DNA of 64,000 nucleotides from Acidobacteriota bacterium (lineage in GTDB: Bacteria > Acidobacteriota > Thermoanaerobaculia > Gp7-AA8). Of the stretch, positions 59,435 to 64,000 are shown one piece after another. Below the pieces are notes generated by a model. That model made no database searches, was not told the origin of the DNA, and saw nothing but the letters and a program-made list of their open reading frames with translations. The translations under genes were made by a program, and so were the position numbers. The stretch covers positions 32,001 to 96,000 of the forward strand of contig JAFATB010000011.1 in NCBI GenBank assembly GCA_019244185.1, in the 5' to 3' direction. Positions within the stretch are counted from its first letter, which is position 1, and each line of letters starts with the position of its first letter.

Positions 59435-60505
59435 ATGGCCATGATACCCACTGACAAATTGAAGGCAGCCGAAACGGCTCTGTCGCAGATCGAGCGGCAG
59501 TTCGGCAAGGGCTCGATCATGCGGCTCGGGGCGAAAGAGTTCGCCGCGATCAGCGCGATCTCGACCGGCTCGATCGGCGTCGACGCCGCGCTCGGCGTAG
59601 GCGGCGTTCCGCGCGGCCGCATCATCGAGATCTTCGGTCCGGAATCGTCCGGTAAAACGACGCTCTCGCTGCACGTCATCGCCGAGGCGCAGCGGACGGG
59701 CGGTCTGGCGGCGTTCATCGATGCCGAGCATGCGCTCGACGCCGAGTACGCCAAGAAGCTCGGCGTCGACGTGGACAACCTCCTCGTCTCGCAGCCCGAC
59801 TCGGGCGAGCAGGCGCTGGAGATCGCGGAAGTGCTGGTCCGCTCCGGCGCCATCGACGTGATCGTCATCGACTCGGTGGCCGCGCTCGTCCCGCGTGCCG
59901 AGCTCGAAGGTGAGATGGGCGATTCTCATGTCGGTTTACAGGCACGATTGATGTCGCAGGCAATGCGCAAATTAACAGCCATTCTTGCGAAATCAAAAAC
60001 GTCCATGATTTTCATCAACCAGATCCGCGAGAAGATCGGCGTGATGTTCGGCAATCCCGAGACCACGACCGGCGGACGCGCGCTGAAGTTCTACTCGTCC
60101 GTGCGCATCGACATCCGCCGCACCAACCAGATCAAGGAAGGTGAGGAAGTGGTCGGCTCGCGCGTGAAGGTGAAGGTGGTCAAGAACAAGGTCGCCGCAC
60201 CGTTCCGGCAGGCGGAGTTCGACGTCGGCTACGGCGAGGGCATCTCCAAGACCGGCGAGCTCCTCGACATCGGCATCGAGCACAAGCTCATCGAGAAATC
60301 GGGCTCCTGGTTCTCCTACGGCGACGTCCGCCTCGGCCAGGGCCGCGAGAACGCGAAGCTCTTCATCAAGGAGAACGCCGATCTCTCCTCCGAGATCGAA
60401 GGCAAAGTCCGCCGCCTCCTCGGCATCGGCGGCCCGGAGCTGACCGTCATCGAAGGCGGCGAGCCCGCGATGCCGGCCAAGCCGGAACGCATGGTTCGCA
60501 AGTAA
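59435..60505 (+). CDS. recA: Recombinase RecA
   Basis: [56 protein letters not shown]. Confidence 0.99.
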   Translation: MAMIPTDKLKAAETALSQIERQFGKGSIMRLGAKEFAAISAISTGSIGVDAALGVGGVPRGRIIEIFGPESSGKTTLSLHVIAEAQRTGGLAAFIDAEHALDAEYAKKLGVDVDNLLVSQPDSGEQALEIAEVLVRSGAIDVIVIDSVAALVPRAELEGEMGDSHVGLQARLMSQAMRKLTAILAKSKTSMIFINQIREKIGVMFGNPETTTGGRALKFYSSVRIDIRRTNQIKEGEEVVGSRVKVKVVKNKVAAPFRQAEFDVGYGEGISKTGELLDIGIEHKLIEKSGSWFSYGDVRLGQGRENAKLFIKENADLSSEIEGKVRRLLGIGGPELTVIEGGEPAMPAKPERMVRK

Positions 60506-60516
60506 TCGCACTACAC

Positions 60517-60548
60517 TGAAGTGCGGCGGTTCGCGCCGCCGCACTTCA
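60517..60548 (+). other. Perfect 13-bp hairpin between recA and the RluA-family gene
   Basis: TGAAGTGCGGCGG-TTCGCG-CCGCCGCACTTCA, ending just before the next ATG at 60550; no U-tract. Confidence 0.55.
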
Positions 60549-60549
60549 C

Positions 60550-61275
60550 ATGCGTCTCGATCAAGCCGTCGCCGCGCGCCATCCCGAGATCTCCCGCCGC
60601 CGCGCGCGCATCCTCATCGCCGAACATCGCGTCCTCGTCAACGACCGCCCCGTCGCCGTCGCCTCGCGCGAAGTCAGCGACCGCGACCGCATCGCCATCG
60701 TGCAGGACGTTCCCGAGCTCGCCATCGTGAAGGAGACGCGCGACTGGATCGCCGTCGACAAGCCATCCGGACTCGCGACGCAACCGGTGCGCGAGCGCAA
60801 CCAGCGTTCGCTCGAGGAACTGCTGCGCGTGCGCTACGGCAACGTCTTCGTCGTGCATCGCATCGACACGCAGACGAGCGGCATCGTCGTCTTCGCGCGC
60901 CATCGCGAAGCGGCCGCGCAGCTGTCGCAGCTCTTCGCCTCGCGCGCCATTCGCAAAACGTATCTCGCCGTCGTCGAAGGCGCGATCGAGAGCGAGCTGA
61001 CCATCGAGTCGCCGATCGGCGGCAAGGACGCGCACACCCTCGTGCGCCCGTTGCGCCGCCTCGACGACCGCACGCTCGTCGAGGCCGAGATCTTCACCGG
61101 ACGCACGCACCAGATCCGCATTCACCTGCGCTCGATCGAACGCCCCGTCGTCGGCGACCGCCGCTACGGCTCGTCGATGCCCGCGCCGCGCATGCTGCTC
61201 CACGCGTGGAAGCTCGCCCACGAGGAGTTCGGCACGCTGATCGCGCCGGTGCCGGGCGACTTTCCGGCGTTGTGA
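60550..61275 (+). CDS. RluA/RluD-family pseudouridine synthase with S4 domain
   Basis: RLD...SR; [36 protein letters not shown]. Confidence 0.92.
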   Translation: MRLDQAVAARHPEISRRRARILIAEHRVLVNDRPVAVASREVSDRDRIAIVQDVPELAIVKETRDWIAVDKPSGLATQPVRERNQRSLEELLRVRYGNVFVVHRIDTQTSGIVVFARHREAAAQLSQLFASRAIRKTYLAVVEGAIESELTIESPIGGKDAHTLVRPLRRLDDRTLVEAEIFTGRTHQIRIHLRSIERPVVGDRRYGSSMPAPRMLLHAWKLAHEEFGTLIAPVPGDFPAL

Positions 61276-61325
61276 TTCCCGAAGGACGAGCCGCCTTCCA
61301 CCGCTCTGATACGATCCGCCGCGCT

Positions 61326-61865
61326 ATGGACGAGATGGTGATTCGCGCCACGACCGTCGTCTGCGTCCGCCGCGACGGCCAGGTCTCGCTCGCCGGCGAC
61401 GGGCAGGTCACGGTCGGCAACACGGTGATGAAACACGGCGCAGCAAAAGTGCGCCGGCTCTATCACGACAAGATCCTCGCGGGCTTCGCCGGCAGCGCCG
61501 CCGACGCATTCGCGCTCTTCTCGCGCTTCGAGGCGAAGCTCGAGGAGTATCGCGGCAACCTCGAACGCTCCGTCGTCGAGCTGGCGAAGGACTGGCGCAT
61601 GGACAAGTACCTGCGCCAGCTGCAGGCGATGCTGATCGTCGCGAACAGCGAGCGCGCGTACCTCATCTCCGGCACGGGCGATCTCATTCAGCCCGACGAC
61701 GGCATCCTCGCCATCGGCTCCGGCGGTCCGTTCGCGCTCGCCGCGGCACGCGCGCTGATGAAGCACAGCACGATGACGGCCGCGCAGATCGCCGAGGAGT
61801 CGCTGCGCATCGCGTCGGAAATCTGCATCTACACGAACGACAACATCACGGTCGAAAGCCTCTGA
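61326..61865 (+). CDS. hslV: ATP-dependent protease subunit HslV
   Basis: [38 protein letters not shown]. Confidence 0.97.
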   Translation: MDEMVIRATTVVCVRRDGQVSLAGDGQVTVGNTVMKHGAAKVRRLYHDKILAGFAGSAADAFALFSRFEAKLEEYRGNLERSVVELAKDWRMDKYLRQLQAMLIVANSERAYLISGTGDLIQPDDGILAIGSGGPFALAAARALMKHSTMTAAQIAEESLRIASEICIYTNDNITVESL

Positions 61866-61869
61866 CGTC

Positions 61870-63270
<1,401 letters not shown>

Positions 63271-63305
63271 CCGGGAGCGCCTCCGGCGGGGCGGCACGGC
63301 CGCCA

Positions 63306-63368
63306 GCGCTTAGGGCCTAGCCGATTTGCACGTGCGGCTGCCCTCGAGCGCACTTATCGTGCAGGCGG
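63306..63368 (+). repeat. Dispersed ~62 bp repeat, copy 2
   Basis: Matches 48974-49035 in the same orientation. Confidence 0.7.
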
Positions 63369-63402
63369 GATTGGTGCAGGAAATCCGCTACAATGCGGCT
63401 CG

Positions 63403-63657
63403 ATGACTCGCCGGGCGATCCTTCGTCACCTCGGGCTGCACGACGTCGTGGCAGACGAGAGCGGCCGCAGCGGAACGCTCGTGCGCAACACGCGCAACGG
63501 CCTCACGACGGTGCTGCCGCGCGGGGCGGTCATCGACGATCTGATTGTCGAGACGGTCTGCAAGCTGCTCGACGTGCCGCTGCCGCCGTCGCTCAGCGAC
63601 CGACCACGATCCGCTCGCGCCGGATCACGCGCGCCCTCGCGAAACTCTCGTGGGTGA
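63403..63657 (+). CDS. Degenerate HicA-like protein
   Basis: MTRRAILRHL...T.V.N...TTVLPR...IDD.....VCK.LDVP matches the HicA layout but the G-x-H His is missing; TACAAT 8 nt upstream. Confidence 0.5.
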   Translation: MTRRAILRHLGLHDVVADESGRSGTLVRNTRNGLTTVLPRGAVIDDLIVETVCKLLDVPLPPSLSDRPRSARAGSRAPSRNSRG

Positions 63658-63820
63658 CGCGGCGGTTCGCCGCGAGAATCAGCTCCACCGCTTCCGCGAG
63701 ATTCTTCCGCGCTTCGTCGACGTCCTTCCCCTGCGCATGCGCGCCCGGTAGTTCCTCGACGTACGCCACGCACACTCCCGACTCGCCCTCGACGAACACC
63801 GCGGTGAACATATGCTGCAT
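63593..63820 (-). CDS. HicB-like antitoxin (short, no DNA-binding domain)
   Basis: FTAVF...VAYVEELPGAHAQGKDVDEARKNLAEAVELIL; upstream TTCAAT-17bp-TATACT. Confidence 0.8.
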   Translation of the reverse strand: MQHMFTAVFVEGESGVCVAYVEELPGAHAQGKDVDEARKNLAEAVELILAANRRVTHESFARARVIRRERIVVGR

Positions 63821-63931
63821 GCGCGGTGTGTAGTATAGGTGGCTCGCTCGGAAAATTGAAGCGCTTCGCCGCCCCCTGTTTTACGCCGGAACTTACACAT
63901 TCCCCTCGGGTTAGCTTGCTCCGCGTGCAGG

Positions 63932-64000
63932 TCAGGAGACGGTCTTCTTGAACGCGCGCGCCGACGCCGCGATGAGCACCGCGGAGATCGCGAGCAGCGA
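63932..64000 (-). CDS. 3' end of a membrane protein (ABC-2 permease-like tail), truncated by the window edge
   Basis: Reads SLLAISAVLIAASARAFKKTVS*; only 23 codons visible. Confidence 0.4.
   Translation of the reverse strand, partial: SLLAISAVLIAASARAFKKTVS

Overview
High-GC bacterial chromosomal window. Gene content and style suggest Acidobacteriota, possibly class Thermoanaerobaculia (inference only). The left arm (1-21.7 kb) holds secreted peptidases and Ig/carboxypeptidase-regulatory repeat proteins, a PDZ-sensor kinase with an NtrC-family sigma54 activator, a CHASE3 kinase and Ku plus a stand-alone LigD phosphoesterase. A ~26 kb accessory block lies between tRNA-Pro/tRNA-Arg(UCU) and tRNA-Arg(ACG). 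It contains (i) an ECF sigma/zinc-finger pair; (ii) an 18 kb, mostly translationally coupled 8-gene operon (GT87-like glycosyltransferase, DUF5916-like outer-membrane protein, three single-module NRPSs C-A-T / C-A-T / C-A-T-R each with docking helices, MFS exporter, DUF6875-like protein, kynurenine 3-monooxygenase-like enzyme) with no starter module; and (iii) an ECF sigma / anti-sigma / unknown beta-protein / TPR-CHAT protease module. The right arm is mostly core genome: tadA, two tRNA-Ser, SRP RNA, dnaX-ybaB-recR, mglBA, lipase, udgX, recA, RluA family, hslVU and a convergent hicA/hicB-like pair. Best candidates for new biology are the NRPS operon and the sigma-antisigma-CHAT module. Non-coding signals include a candidate sigma54-driven sRNA, a shared sigma54-type promoter motif, an antisense promoter inside recA and a ~62 bp dispersed repeat. 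All family assignments and A-domain codes were read by eye; no searches were run.
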